The translations under genes and the position numbers were made by a program. The notes beneath the pieces were generated by a model. That model searched no databases and was not told the origin of the DNA. It worked only from the letters and a program-made list of their open reading frames with translations. Shown one piece after another: positions 11,701 through 26,700 of a stretch of 64,000 nucleotides of DNA. Origin of the DNA: the human T2T-CHM13v2.0 reference genome, Homo sapiens; the NCBI RefSeq assembly GCF_009914755.1, contig NC_060941.1; one strand, 5' to 3'. Positions within the stretch are counted from its first letter, which is position 1; the number at the start of each line of letters is the position of its first letter.

Positions 11701-14700
11701 TTCGTTGGAAACGGGATAACTGCACCTAACTAAACGGAAGCATTCTCAGAAACTTCTTGGTGATGTTTGCATTCAAATCCCAGAGTTGAACCTTCCTTTG
11801 ATAGTTCAGGTTTGAAACACTCTTTTTGTAGGATCTGCAAGTGGATATTTGGACCACTCTGTGGCCTTCGTTCGAAACGGGTATATCTTCGCATAAAATC
11901 TAGACAGAAGCCTTCTCAGAAACTTCTCTGTGATGATTGCATTCAACTCACAGAGTTGAACCCTCCTATGGATAGAGCAGTGTTGAAACTCTCTTTTTGT
12001 GGAATCTGCAAGTGGATACGTGGACCTCTCCGAAGATGTCTTTGGAAACGGGAATATCTTCACATAAAAACTAAACAGAAGCATTCTCAGAAACTTCTCT
12101 GTGATGTTTGTGTTCAACTCCCAGAGTTTCACATTGCTTTTCATAGAGTAGTTCTGAAACATGCTTTTCGTAGTGTCTACAAGTGGACATTTGGAGCGCT
12201 TTCAGGCCTGTGGTGGAAAACGAATTATGGTCACATAAAAACTGGAGAGAAGCATTGTCAGAAACTTCTTTGTGATGATTGCATTCAACTCACAGAGTTG
12301 AAGGTTCCTTTTCAAAGAGCAGTTTCCAATCACTCTTTCTGTGGAATCTGCAAGTGGATATTTGGACCTATTTTGAAGATTTCGTTGGAAACGGGAGAAT
12401 CTTCACAGGAAAGCTAAACAGAAGCATTCTCAGAAACTTCTTTGTGATGCTTGCATTCAACTCACAGAGTTGAACTTTCCTTTCGAGAGAGAAGCTTTGA
12501 AACACTCTTTTTCCAGAATCTGCAAGTGGACATTTGGAGGGCTTTGAGGCCTGTGGTGGAAAAGGAATTATCTTCCCGTAAAAGCTAGATAGAAGCATTC
12601 TCAGAAACTACTTTGTGATGATTGCATTCAAGTCACAGAGTTGAACATTCCCTTTGACAGAGCAGTTTGGAAACTCTCTTTGTGTAGAATCTGCAAGTGG
12701 AGATATGGACCGCTTTGAGGCCTATGGTAGTAAAGGGAATAGCTTCATATAAAAGCTAGACAGTAGCATTCACAGAAAACTCTTGGTGACGACTGAGTTT
12801 AACTCACAGAGCTGAACATTCCTTTGGATGGAGCAGTTTCGAAACACACTATTTGTAGAATGTGCAAGTGGATATTTAGGCCTCTCTGAGGATTTCGTTG
12901 GAAACGGGATAAACCGCACAGAACTAAACAGAAGCATTCTCAGAACCTTCTTCGTGATGTTTGCATTCAACTCACAGTGTTGAACCTTTCTTTGATAGTT
13001 CAGGTTTGAAACGGTCTTTCTGTAGAAACTGCAAGTAGATATTTGGACCTCTCTGAGGATTTCGTTGGAAACGGGATAACCCGCACAGAACTAAAACAGA
13101 AGCATTCTCAGAACCCTCTTCGTGATGTTTGCATTCAACTCACAGTGCTGAACCTTTCTTTGATAGTTCAGCTTTGAAACACTCTTTTTGTAGAAACTGC
13201 AAGTGGATATTTGGTCCTCTCTGAGGAATTCGTTGGAAACGGGATAAACTGCACAGAACTAAACAGAAGCATTCTCAGAACCTTCTTCGTGATGTCTGCA
13301 TTCAACTCACAGTGTGGAACCTTTCTTTGATAGTTCAGGTTTGAAACACTCTTTTTGTAGAAACTGCAAGGGGATAATTGCACTCTTTGAGGAGTACCGT
13401 AGTAAAGGAAATAACTTCCTATAAAAAGAAGACAGAAGCTTTCTCAGAAAATTCTTTGGGATGATTGAGTTGAACTCACAGAGCTGAGCATTCCTTGCGA
13501 TGTAGCAGTTTAGAAACACACTTTCTGCAGAATCTGCAAGTGCATATTTGGACCTCTGTGAGGAATTCGTTGGAAACGGGATAATTTCAGCTGACTAAAC
13601 AGAAGCAGTCTCAGAATCTTCTTTGTGATGTTTGCATTCAAATCCCCGAGTTGAACTTTCCTTTCAAAGTTCACGTTTGAAACACTCTTTTTGCAGGATC
13701 TACAAGTGGATATTTGGACCACTCTGTGTCCTTCGATCGAAACGGGTATATCTTCACATGACATCTAGACAGAAGCATCCTCAGAAGCTTCTCTGTGATG
13801 ACTGCATTCAACTCACGGAGTTGAACACTCCTTTTGAGAGCGCAGTTTTGAAACTCTCTTTCTGTGGCATCTGCAAGGGGACATGTAGACCTCTTTGAAG
13901 ATTTCGTTGGAAACGGAATCATCTTCACATAAAAACTACACAGATGCATTCTCAGGAACTTTTTGGTGATGTTTGTATTCAACTCCCAGAGTTGAACTTT
14001 CCTTTGGAAAGAGCAGCTATGAAACACTGTTTTTCTAGAATCTGCAAGTGGACGTTTGGAGGGCTTTGTGGTTTGTGGTGGAAAAGGAAATATCTTCACC
14101 TAAATACTAGATAGAAGCATTCTCAGAAACTGCTTTGTGATGATTGCATTCACCTCACAGAGTTGAACATTCCTATTGATAGAGCAGTTTGGAAACACTC
14201 TTGTTGTGGAATGTGCAAGTGGAGATTTGGAGCGCTTTGAGGCCTATGGTAGTAAAGGGAATAGCTTCATAGAAAAACTAGACAGAAGCATTCTCAGAAA
14301 ATACTTTGTGATGATTGAGTTTAACTCACAGAGCTGAACATTCCTTTGGATGGAGCAGGTTTGAGACACACTTTTTGTAGAATCTACAAGTGGATATTTG
14401 GACCTCTCTGAGGATTTCGTTGGAAACGGGATAACTGCACCTAACTAAACGGAAGCATTCTCAGAAACTTCTTGGTGATGTTTGCATTCAAATCCCAGAG
14501 TTGAACCTTCCTTTGATAGTTCAGGTTTGAAACACTCTTTTTGTAGGATCTGCAAGTGGATATTTGGACCACTCTGTGGCCTTCGTTCGAAACGGGTATA
14601 TCTTCGCATAAAATCTAGACAGAAGCCTTCTCAGAAACTTCTCTGTGATGATTGCATTCAACTCACAGAGTTGAACCCTCCTATGGATAGAGCAGTGTTG

Positions 14701-17700
14701 AAACTCTCTTTTTGTGGAATCTGCAAGTGGATACGTGGACCTCTCCGAAGATGTCTTTGGAAACGGGAATATCTTCACATAAAAACTAAACAGAAGCATT
14801 CTCAGAAACTTCTCTGTGATGTTTGTGTTCAACTCCCAGAGTTTCACATTGCTTTTCATAGAGTAGTTCTGAAACATGCTTTTCGTAGTGTCTACAAGTG
14901 GACATTTGGAGCGCTTTCAGGCCTGTGGTGGAAAACGAATTATGGTCACATAAAAACTGGAGAGAAGCATTGTCAGAAACTTCTTTGTGATGATTGCATT
15001 CAACTCACAGAGTTGAAGGTTCCTTTTCAAAGAGCAGTTTCCAATCACTCTTTCTGTGGAATCTGCAAGTGGATATTTGGACCTATTTTGAAGATTTCGT
15101 TGGAAACGGGAGAATCTTCACAGGAAAGCTAAACAGAAGCATTCTCAGAAACTTCTTTGTGATGCTTGCATTCAACTCACAGAGTTGAACTTTCCTTTCG
15201 AGAGAGAAGCTTTGAAACACTCTTTTTCCAGAATCTGCAAGTGGACATTTGGAGGGCTTTGAGGCCTGTGGTGGAAAAGGAATTATCTTCCCGTAAAAGC
15301 TAGATAGAAGCATTCTCAGAAACTACTTTGTGATGATTGCATTCAAGTCACAGAGTTGAACATTCCCTTTGACAGAGCAGTTTGGAAACTCTCTTTGTGT
15401 AGAATCTGCAAGTGGAGATATGGACCGCTTTGAGGCCTATGGTAGTAAAGGAAATAGCTTCATATAAAAGCTAGACAGTAGCATTCACAGAAAACTCTTG
15501 GTGACGACTGAGTTTAACTCACAGAGCTGAACATTCCTTTGGATGGAGCAGTTTCGAAACACACTATTTGTAGAATGTGCAAGTGGATATTTAGGCCTCT
15601 CTGAGGATTTCGTTGGAAACGGGATAAACCGCACAGAACTAAACAGAAGCATTCTCAGAACCTTCTTCGTGATGTTTGCATTCAACTCACAGTGTTGAAC
15701 CTTTCTTTGATAGTTCAGGTTTGAAACGGTCTTTCTGTAGAAACTGCAAGTAGATATTTGGACCTCTCTGAGGATTTCGTTGGAAACGGGATAACCCGCA
15801 CAGAACTAAAACAGAAGCATTCTCAGAACCCTCTTCGTGATGTTTGCATTCAACTCACAGTGCTGAACCTTTCTTTGATAGTTCAGCTTTGAAACACTCT
15901 TTTTGTAGAAACTGCAAGTGGATATTTGGTCCTCTCTGAGCATTTCGTTGGAAACGGGATAAACTGCACAGAACTAAACAGAAGCATTCTCAGAACCTTC
16001 TTCGTGATGTCTGCATTCAACTCACAGTGTGGAACCTTTCTTTGATAGTTCAGGTTTGAAACACTCTTTTTGTAGAAACTGCAAGGGGATAATTGCACTC
16101 TTTGAGGAGTACCGTAGTAAAGGAAATAACTTCCTATAAAAAGAAGACAGAAGCTTTCTCAGAAAATTCTTTGGGATGATTGAGTTGAACTCACAGAGCT
16201 GAGCATTCCTTGCGATGTAGCAGTTTAGAAACACACTTTCTGCAGAATCTGCAAGTGCATATTTGGACCTCTGTGAGGAATTCGTTGGAAACGGGATAAT
16301 TTCAGCTGACTAAACAGAAGCAGTCTCAGAATCTTCTTTGTGATGTTTGCATTCAAATCCCCGAGTTGAACTTTCCTTTCAAAGTTCACGTTTGAAACAC
16401 TCTTTTTGCAGGATCTACAAGTGGATATTTGGACCACTCTGTGTCCTTCGATCGAAACGGGTATATCTTCACATGACATCTAGACAGAAGCATCCTCAGA
16501 AGCTTCTCTGTGATGACTGCATTCAACTCACGGAGTTGAACACTCCTTTTGAGAGCGCAGTTTTGAAACTCTCTTTCTGTGGCATCTGCAAGGGGACATG
16601 TAGACCTCTTTGAAGATTTCGTTGGAAACGGAATCATCTTCACATAAAAACTACACAGATGCATTCTCAGGAACTTTTTGGTGATGTTTGTATTCAACTC
16701 CCAGAGTTGAACTTTCCTTTGGAAAGAGCAGCTATGAAACACTGTTTTTCTAGAATCTGCAAGTGGACGTTTGGAGGGCTTTGTGGTTTGTGGTGGAAAA
16801 GGAAATATCTTCACCTAAATACTAGATAGAAGCATTCTCAGAAACTGCTTTGTGATGATTGCATTCACCTCACAGAGTTGAACATTCCTATTGATAGAGC
16901 AGTTTGGAAACACTCTTGTTGTGGAATGTGCAAGTGGAGATTTGGAGCGCTTTGAGGCCTATGGTAGTAAAGGGAATAGCTTCATAGAAAAACTAGACAG
17001 AAGCATTCTCAGAAAATACTTTGTGATGATTGAGTTTAACTCACAGAGCTGAACATTCCTTTGGATGGAGCAGGTTTGAGACACACTTTTTGTAGAATCT
17101 ACAAGTGGATATTTGGACCTCTCTGAGGATTTCGTTGGAAACGGGATAACTGCACCTAACTAAACGGAAGCATTCTCAGAAACTTCTTGGTGATGTTTGC
17201 ATTCAAATCCCAGAGTTGAACCTTCCTTTGATAGTTCAGGTTTGAAACACTCTTTTTGTAGGATCTGCAAGTGGATATTTGGACCACTCTGTGGCCTTCG
17301 TTCGAAACGGGTATATCTTCGCATAAAATCTAGACAGAAGCCTTCTCAGAAACTTCTCTGTGATGATTGCATTCAACTCACAGAGTTGAACCCTCCTATG
17401 GATAGAGCAGTGTTGAAACTCTCTTTTTGTGGAATCTGCAAGTGGATACGTGGACCTCTCCGAAGATGTCTTTGGAAACGGGAATATCTTCACATAAAAA
17501 CTAAACAGAAGCATTCTCAGAAACTTCTCTGTGATGTTTGTGTTCAACTCCCAGAGTTTCACATTGCTTTTCATAGAGTAGTTCTGAAACATGCTTTTCG
17601 TAGTGTCTACAAGTGGACATTTGGAGCGCTTTCAGGCCTGTGGTGGAAAACGAATTATGGTCACATAAAAACTGGAGAGAAGCATTGTCAGAAACTTCTT

Positions 17701-20700
17701 TGTGATGATTGCATTCAACTCACAGAGTTGAAGGTTCCTTTTCAAAGAGCAGTTTCCAATCACTCTTTCTGTGGAATCTGCAAGTGGATATTTGGACCTA
17801 TTTTGAAGATTTCGTTGGAAACGGGAGAATCTTCACAGGAAAGCTAAACAGAAGCATTCTCAGAAACTTCTTTGTGATGCTTGCATTCAACTCACAGAGT
17901 TGAACTTTCCTTTCGAGAGAGAAGCTTTGAAACACTCTTTTTCCAGAATCTGCAAGTGGACATTTGGAGGGCTTTGAGGCCTGTGGTGGAAAAGGAATTA
18001 TCTTCCCGTAAAAGCTAGATAGAAGCATTCTCAGAAACTACTTTGTGATGATTGCATTCAAGTCACAGAGTTGAACATTCCCTTTGACAGAGCAGTTTGG
18101 AAACTCTCTTTGTGTAGAATCTGCAAGTGGAGATATGGACCGCTTTGAGGCCTATGGTAGTAAAGGAAATAGCTTCATATAAAAGCTAGACAGTAGCATT
18201 CACAGAAAACTCTTGGTGACGACTGAGTTTAACTCACAGAGCTGAACATTCCTTTGGATGGAGCAGTTTCGAAACACACTATTTGTAGAATGTGCAAGTG
18301 GATATTTAGGCCTCTCTGAGGATTTCGTTGGAAACGGGATAAACCGCACAGAACTAAACAGAAGCATTCTCAGAACCTTCTTCGTGATGTTTGCATTCAA
18401 CTCACAGTGTTGAACCTTTCTTTGATAGTTCAGGTTTGAAACGGTCTTTCTGTAGAAACTGCAAGTAGATATTTGGACCTCTCTGAGGATTTCGTTGGAA
18501 ACGGGATAACCCGCACAGAACTAAAACAGAAGCATTCTCAGAACCCTCTTCGTGATGTTTGCATTCAACTCACAGTGCTGAACCTTTCTTTGATAGTTCA
18601 GCTTTGAAACACTCTTTTTGTAGAAACTGCAAGTGGATATTTGGTCCTCTCTGAGGAATTCGTTGGAAACGGGATAAACTGCACAGAACTAAACAGAAGC
18701 ATTCTCAGAACCTTCTTCGTGATGTCTGCATTCAACTCACAGTGTGGAACCTTTCTTTGATAGTTCAGGTTTGAAACACTCTTTTTGTAGAAACTGCAAG
18801 GGGATAATTGCACTCTTTGAGGAGTACCGTAGTAAAGGAAATAACTTCCTATAAAAAGAAGACAGAAGCTTTCTCAGAAAATTCTTTGGGATGATTGAGT
18901 TGAACTCACAGAGCTGAGCATTCCTTGCGATGTAGCAGTTTAGAAACACACTTTCTGCAGAATCTGCAAGTGCATATTTGGACCTCTGTGAGGAATTCGT
19001 TGGAAACGGGATAATTTCAGCTGACTAAACAGAAGCAGTCTCAGAATCTTCTTTGTGATGTTTGCATTCAAATCCCCGAGTTGAACTTTCCTTTCAAAGT
19101 TCACGTTTGAAACACTCTTTTTGCAGGATCTACAAGTGGATATTTGGACCACTCTGTGTCCTTCGATCGAAACGGGTATATCTTCACATGACATCTAGAC
19201 AGAAGCATCCTCAGAAGCTTCTCTGTGATGACTGCATTCAACTCACGGAGTTGAACACTCCTTTTGAGAGCGCAGTTTTGAAACTCTCTTTCTGTGGCAT
19301 CTGCAAGGGGACATGTAGACCTCTTTGAAGATTTCGTTGGAAACGGAATCATCTTCACATAAAAACTACACAGATGCATTCTCAGGAACTTTTTGGTGAT
19401 GTTTGTATTCAACTCCCAGAGTTGAACTTTCCTTTGGAAAGAGCAGCTATGAAACACTGTTTTTCTAGAATCTGCAAGTGGACGTTTGGAGGGCTTTGTG
19501 GTTTGTGGTGGAAAAGGAAATATCTTCACCTAAATACTAGATAGAAGCATTCTCAGAAACTGCTTTGTGATGATTGCATTCACCTCACAGAGTTGAACAT
19601 TCCTATTGATAGAGCAGTTTGGAAACACTCTTGTTGTGGAATGTGCAAGTGGAGATTTGGAGCGCTTTGAGGCCTATGGTAGTAAAGGGAATAGCTTCAT
19701 AGAAAAACTAGACAGAAGCATTCTCAGAAAATACTTTGTGATGATTGAGTTTAACTCACAGAGCTGAACATTCCTTTGGATGGAGCAGGTTTGAGACACA
19801 CTTTTTGTAGAATCTACAAGTGGATATTTGGACCTCTCTGAGGATTTCGTTGGAAACGGGATAACTGCACCTAACTAAACGGAAGCATTCTCAGAAACTT
19901 CTTGGTGATGTTTGCATTCAAATCCCAGAGTTGAACCTTCCTTTGATAGTTCAGGTTTGAAACACTCTTTTTGTAGGATCTGCAAGTGGATATTTGGACC
20001 ACTCTGTGGCCTTCGTTCGAAACGGGTATATCTTCGCATAAAATCTAGACAGAAGCCTTCTCAGAAACTTCTCTGTGATGATTGCATTCAACTCACAGAG
20101 TTGAACCCTCCTATGGATAGAGCAGTGTTGAAACTCTCTTTTTGTGGAATCTGCAAGTGGATACGTGGACCTCTCCGAAGATGTCTTTGGAAACGGGAAT
20201 ATCTTCACATAAAAACTAAACAGAAGCATTCTCAGAAACTTCTCTGTGATGTTTGTGTTCAACTCCCAGAGTTTCACATTGCTTTTCATAGAGTAGTTCT
20301 GAAACATGCTTTTCGTAGTGTCTACAAGTGGACATTTGGAGCGCTTTCAGGCCTGTGGTGGAAAACGAATTATGGTCACATAAAAACTGGAGAGAAGCAT
20401 TGTCAGAAACTTCTTTGTGATGATTGCATTCAACTCACAGAGTTGAAGGTTCCTTTTCAAAGAGCAGTTTCCAATCACTCTTTCTGTGGAATCTGCAAGT
20501 GGATATTTGGACCTATTTTGAAGATTTCGTTGGAAACGGGAGAATCTTCACAGGAAAGCTAAACAGAAGCATTCTCAGAAACTTCTTTGTGATGCTTGCA
20601 TTCAACTCACAGAGTTGAACTTTCCTTTCGAGAGAGAAGCTTTGAAACACTCTTTTTCCAGAATCTGCAAGTGGACATTTGGAGGGCTTTGAGGCCTGTG

Positions 20701-23700
20701 GTGGAAAAGGAATTATCTTCCCGTAAAAGCTAGATAGAAGCATTCTCAGAAACTACTTTGTGATGATTGCATTCAAGTCACAGAGTTGAACATTCCCTTT
20801 GACAGAGCAGTTTGGAAACTCTCTTTGTGTAGAATCTGCAAGTGGAGATATGGACCGCTTTGAGGCCTATGGTAGTAAAGGAAATAGCTTCATATAAAAG
20901 CTAGACAGTAGCATTCACAGAAAACTCTTGGTGACGACTGAGTTTAACTCACAGAGCTGAACATTCCTTTGGATGGAGCAGTTTCGAAACACACTATTTG
21001 TAGAATGTGCAAGTGGATATTTAGGCCTCTCTGAGGATTTCGTTGGAAACGGGATAAACCGCACAGAACTAAACAGAAGCATTCTCAGAACCTTCTTCGT
21101 GATGTTTGCATTCAACTCACAGTGTTGAACCTTTCTTTGATAGTTCAGGTTTGAAACGGTCTTTCTGTAGAAACTGCAAGTAGATATTTGGACCTCTCTG
21201 AGGATTTCGTTGGAAACGGGATAACCCGCACAGAACTAAAACAGAAGCATTCTCAGAACCCTCTTCGTGATGTTTGCATTCAACTCACAGTGCTGAACCT
21301 TTCTTTGATAGTTCAGCTTTGAAACACTCTTTTTGTAGAAACTGCAAGTGGATATTTGGTCCTCTCTGAGGAATTCGTTGGAAACGGGATAAACTGCACA
21401 GAACTAAACAGAAGCATTCTCAGAACCTTCTTCGTGATGTCTGCATTCAACTCACAGTGTGGAACCTTTCTTTGATAGTTCAGGTTTGAAACACTCTTTT
21501 TGTAGAAACTGCAAGGGGATAATTGCACTCTTTGAGGAGTACCGTAGTAAAGGAAATAACTTCCTATAAAAAGAAGACAGAAGCTTTCTCAGAAAATTCT
21601 TTGGGATGATTGAGTTGAACTCACAGAGCTGAGCATTCCTTGCGATGTAGCAGTTTAGAAACACACTTTCTGCAGAATCTGCAAGTGCATATTTGGACCT
21701 CTGTGAGGAATTCGTTGGAAACGGGATAATTTCAGCTGACTAAACAGAAGCAGTCTCAGAATCTTCTTTGTGATGTTTGCATTCAAATCCCCGAGTTGAA
21801 CTTTCCTTTCAAAGTTCACGTTTGAAACACTCTTTTTGCAGGATCTACAAGTGGATATTTGGACCACTCTGTGTCCTTCGATCGAAACGGGTATATCTTC
21901 ACATGACATCTAGACAGAAGCATCCTCAGAAGCTTCTCTGTGATGACTGCATTCAACTCACGGAGTTGAACACTCCTTTTGAGAGCGCAGTTTTGAAACT
22001 CTCTTTCTGTGGCATCTGCAAGGGGACATGTAGACCTCTTTGAAGATTTCGTTGGAAACGGAATCATCTTCACATAAAAACTACACAGATGCATTCTCAG
22101 GAACTTTTTGGTGATGTTTGTATTCAACTCCCAGAGTTGAACTTTCCTTTGGAAAGAGCAGCTATGAAACACTGTTTTTCTAGAATCTGCAAGTGGACGT
22201 TTGGAGGGCTTTGTGGTTTGTGGTGGAAAAGGAAATATCTTCACCTAAATACTAGATAGAAGCATTCTCAGAAACTGCTTTGTGATGATTGCATTCACCT
22301 CACAGAGTTGAACATTCCTATTGATAGAGCAGTTTGGAAACACTCTTGTTGTGGAATGTGCAAGTGGAGATTTGGAGCGCTTTGAGGCCTATGGTAGTAA
22401 AGGGAATAGCTTCATAGAAAAACTAGACAGAAGCATTCTCAGAAAATACTTTGTGATGATTGAGTTTAACTCACAGAGCTGAACATTCCTTTGGATGGAG
22501 CAGGTTTGAGACACACTTTTTGTAGAATCTACAAGTGGATATTTGGACCTCTCTGAGGATTTCGTTGGAAACGGGATAACTGCACCTAACTAAACGGAAG
22601 CATTCTCAGAAACTTCTTGGTGATGTTTGCATTCAAATCCCAGAGTTGAACCTTCCTTTGATAGTTCAGGTTTGAAACACTCTTTTTGTAGGATCTGCAA
22701 GTGGATATTTGGACCACTCTGTGGCCTTCGTTCGAAACGGGTATATCTTCGCATAAAATCTAGACAGAAGCCTTCTCAGAAACTTCTCTGTGATGATTGC
22801 ATTCAACTCACAGAGTTGAACCCTCCTATGGATAGAGCAGTGTTGAAACTCTCTTTTTGTGGAATCTGCAAGTGGATACGTGGACCTCTCCGAAGATGTC
22901 TTTGGAAACGGGAATATCTTCACATAAAAACTAAACAGAAGCATTCTCAGAAACTTCTCTGTGATGTTTGTGTTCAACTCCCAGAGTTTCACATTGCTTT
23001 TCATAGAGTAGTTCTGAAACATGCTTTTCGTAGTGTCTACAAGTGGACATTTGGAGCGCTTTCAGGCCTGTGGTGGAAAACGAATTATGGTCACATAAAA
23101 ACTGGAGAGAAGCATTGTCAGAAACTTCTTTGTGATGATTGCATTCAACTCACAGAGTTGAAGGTTCCTTTTCAAAGAGCAGTTTCCAATCACTCTTTCT
23201 GTGGAATCTGCAAGTGGATATTTGGACCTATTTTGAAGATTTCGTTGGAAACGGGAGAATCTTCACAGGAAAGCTAAACAGAAGCATTCTCAGAAACTTC
23301 TTTGTGATGCTTGCATTCAACTCACAGAGTTGAACTTTCCTTTCGAGAGAGAAGCTTTGAAACACTCTTTTTCCAGAATCTGCAAGTGGACATTTGGAGG
23401 GCTTTGAGGCCTGTGGTGGAAAAGGAATTATCTTCCCGTAAAAGCTAGATAGAAGCATTCTCAGAAACTACTTTGTGATGATTGCATTCAAGTCACAGAG
23501 TTGAACATTCCCTTTGACAGAGCAGTTTGGAAACTCTCTTTGTGTAGAATCTGCAAGTGGAGATATGGACCGCTTTGAGGCCTATGGTAGTAAAGGAAAT
23601 AGCTTCATATAAAAGCTAGACAGTAGCATTCACAGAAAACTCTTGGTGACGACTGAGTTTAACTCACAGAGCTGAACATTCCTTTGGATGGAGCAGTTTC

Positions 23701-26700
23701 GAAACACACTATTTGTAGAATGTGCAAGTGGATATTTAGGCCTCTCTGAGGATTTCGTTGGAAACGGGATAAACCGCACAGAACTAAACAGAAGCATTCT
23801 CAGAACCTTCTTCGTGATGTTTGCATTCAACTCACAGTGTTGAACCTTTCTTTGATAGTTCAGGTTTGAAACGGTCTTTCTGTAGAAACTGCAAGTAGAT
23901 ATTTGGACCTCTCTGAGGATTTCGTTGGAAACGGGATAACCCGCACAGAACTAAAACAGAAGCATTCTCAGAACCCTCTTCGTGATGTTTGCATTCAACT
24001 CACAGTGCTGAACCTTTCTTTGATAGTTCAGCTTTGAAACACTCTTTTTGTAGAAACTGCAAGTGGATATTTGGTCCTCTCTGAGGAATTCGTTGGAAAC
24101 GGGATAAACTGCACAGAACTAAACAGAAGCATTCTCAGAACCTTCTTCGTGATGTCTGCATTCAACTCACAGTGTGGAACCTTTCTTTGATAGTTCAGGT
24201 TTGAAACACTCTTTTTGTAGAAACTGCAAGGGGATAATTGCACTCTTTGAGGAGTACCGTAGTAAAGGAAATAACTTCCTATAAAAAGAAGACAGAAGCT
24301 TTCTCAGAAAATTCTTTGGGATGATTGAGTTGAACTCACAGAGCTGAGCATTCCTTGCGATGTAGCAGTTTAGAAACACACTTTCTGCAGAATCTGCAAG
24401 TGCATATTTGGACCTCTGTGAGGAATTCGTTGGAAACGGGATAATTTCAGCTGACTAAACAGAAGCAGTCTCAGAATCTTCTTTGTGATGTTTGCATTCA
24501 AATCCCCGAGTTGAACTTTCCTTTCAAAGTTCACGTTTGAAACACTCTTTTTGCAGGATCTACAAGTGGATATTTGGACCACTCTGTGTCCTTCGATCGA
24601 AACGGGTATATCTTCACATGACATCTAGACAGAAGCATCCTCAGAAGCTTCTCTGTGATGACTGCATTCAACTCACGGAGTTGAACACTCCTTTTGAGAG
24701 CGCAGTTTTGAAACTCTCTTTCTGTGGCATCTGCAAGGGGACATGTAGACCTCTTTGAAGATTTCGTTGGAAACGGAATCATCTTCACATAAAAACTACA
24801 CAGATGCATTCTCAGGAACTTTTTGGTGATGTTTGTATTCAACTCCCAGAGTTGAACTTTCCTTTGGAAAGAGCAGCTATGAAACACTGTTTTTCTAGAA
24901 TCTGCAAGTGGACGTTTGGAGGGCTTTGTGGTTTGTGGTGGAAAAGGAAATATCTTCACCTAAATACTAGATAGAAGCATTCTCAGAAACTGCTTTGTGA
25001 TGATTGCATTCACCTCACAGAGTTGAACATTCCTATTGATAGAGCAGTTTGGAAACACTCTTGTTGTGGAATGTGCAAGTGGAGATTTGGAGCGCTTTGA
25101 GGCCTATGGTAGTAAAGGGAATAGCTTCATAGAAAAACTAGACAGAAGCATTCTCAGAAAATACTTTGTGATGATTGAGTTTAACTCACAGAGCTGAACA
25201 TTCCTTTGGATGGAGCAGGTTTGAGACACACTTTTTGTAGAATCTACAAGTGGATATTTGGACCTCTCTGAGGATTTCGTTGGAAACGGGATAACTGCAC
25301 CTAACTAAACGGAAGCATTCTCAGAAACTTCTTGGTGATGTTTGCATTCAAATCCCAGAGTTGAACCTTCCTTTGATAGTTCAGGTTTGAAACACTCTTT
25401 TTGTAGGATCTGCAAGTGGATATTTGGACCACTCTGTGGCCTTCGTTCGAAACGGGTATATCTTCGCATAAAATCTAGACAGAAGCCTTCTCAGAAACTT
25501 CTCTGTGATGATTGCATTCAACTCACAGAGTTGAACCCTCCTATGGATAGAGCAGTGTTGAAACTCTCTTTTTGTGGAATCTGCAAGTGGATACGTGGAC
25601 CTCTCCGAAGATGTCTTTGGAAACGGGAATATCTTCACATAAAAACTAAACAGAAGCATTCTCAGAAACTTCTCTGTGATGTTTGTGTTCAACTCCCAGA
25701 GTTTCACATTGCTTTTCATAGAGTAGTTCTGAAACATGCTTTTCGTAGTGTCTACAAGTGGACATTTGGAGCGCTTTCAGGCCTGTGGTGGAAAACGAAT
25801 TATGGTCACATAAAAACTGGAGAGAAGCATTGTCAGAAACTTCTTTGTGATGATTGCATTCAACTCACAGAGTTGAAGGTTCCTTTTCAAAGAGCAGTTT
25901 CCAATCACTCTTTCTGTGGAATCTGCAAGTGGATATTTGGACCTATTTTGAAGATTTCGTTGGAAACGGGAGAATCTTCACAGGAAAGCTAAACAGAAGC
26001 ATTCTCAGAAACTTCTTTGTGATGCTTGCATTCAACTCACAGAGTTGAACTTTCCTTTCGAGAGAGAAGCTTTGAAACACTCTTTTTCCAGAATCTGCAA
26101 GTGGACATTTGGAGGGCTTTGAGGCCTGTGGTGGAAAAGGAATTATCTTCCCGTAAAAGCTAGATAGAAGCATTCTCAGAAACTACTTTGTGATGATTGC
26201 ATTCAAGTCACAGAGTTGAACATTCCCTTTGACAGAGCAGTTTGGAAACTCTCTTTGTGTAGAATCTGCAAGTGGAGATATGGACCGCTTTGAGGCCTAT
26301 GGTAGTAAAGGAAATAGCTTCATATAAAAGCTAGACAGTAGCATTCACAGAAAACTCTTGGTGACGACTGAGTTTAACTCACAGAGCTGAACATTCCTTT
26401 GGATGGAGCAGTTTCGAAACACACTATTTGTAGAATGTGCAAGTGGATATTTAGGCCTCTCTGAGGATTTCGTTGGAAACGGGATAAACCGCACAGAACT
26501 AAACAGAAGCATTCTCAGAACCTTCTTCGTGATGTTTGCATTCAACTCACAGTGTTGAACCTTTCTTTGATAGTTCAGGTTTGAAACGGTCTTTCTGTAG
26601 AAACTGCAAGTAGATATTTGGACCTCTCTGAGGATTTCGTTGGAAACGGGATAACCCGCACAGAACTAAAACAGAAGCATTCTCAGAACCCTCTTCGTGA

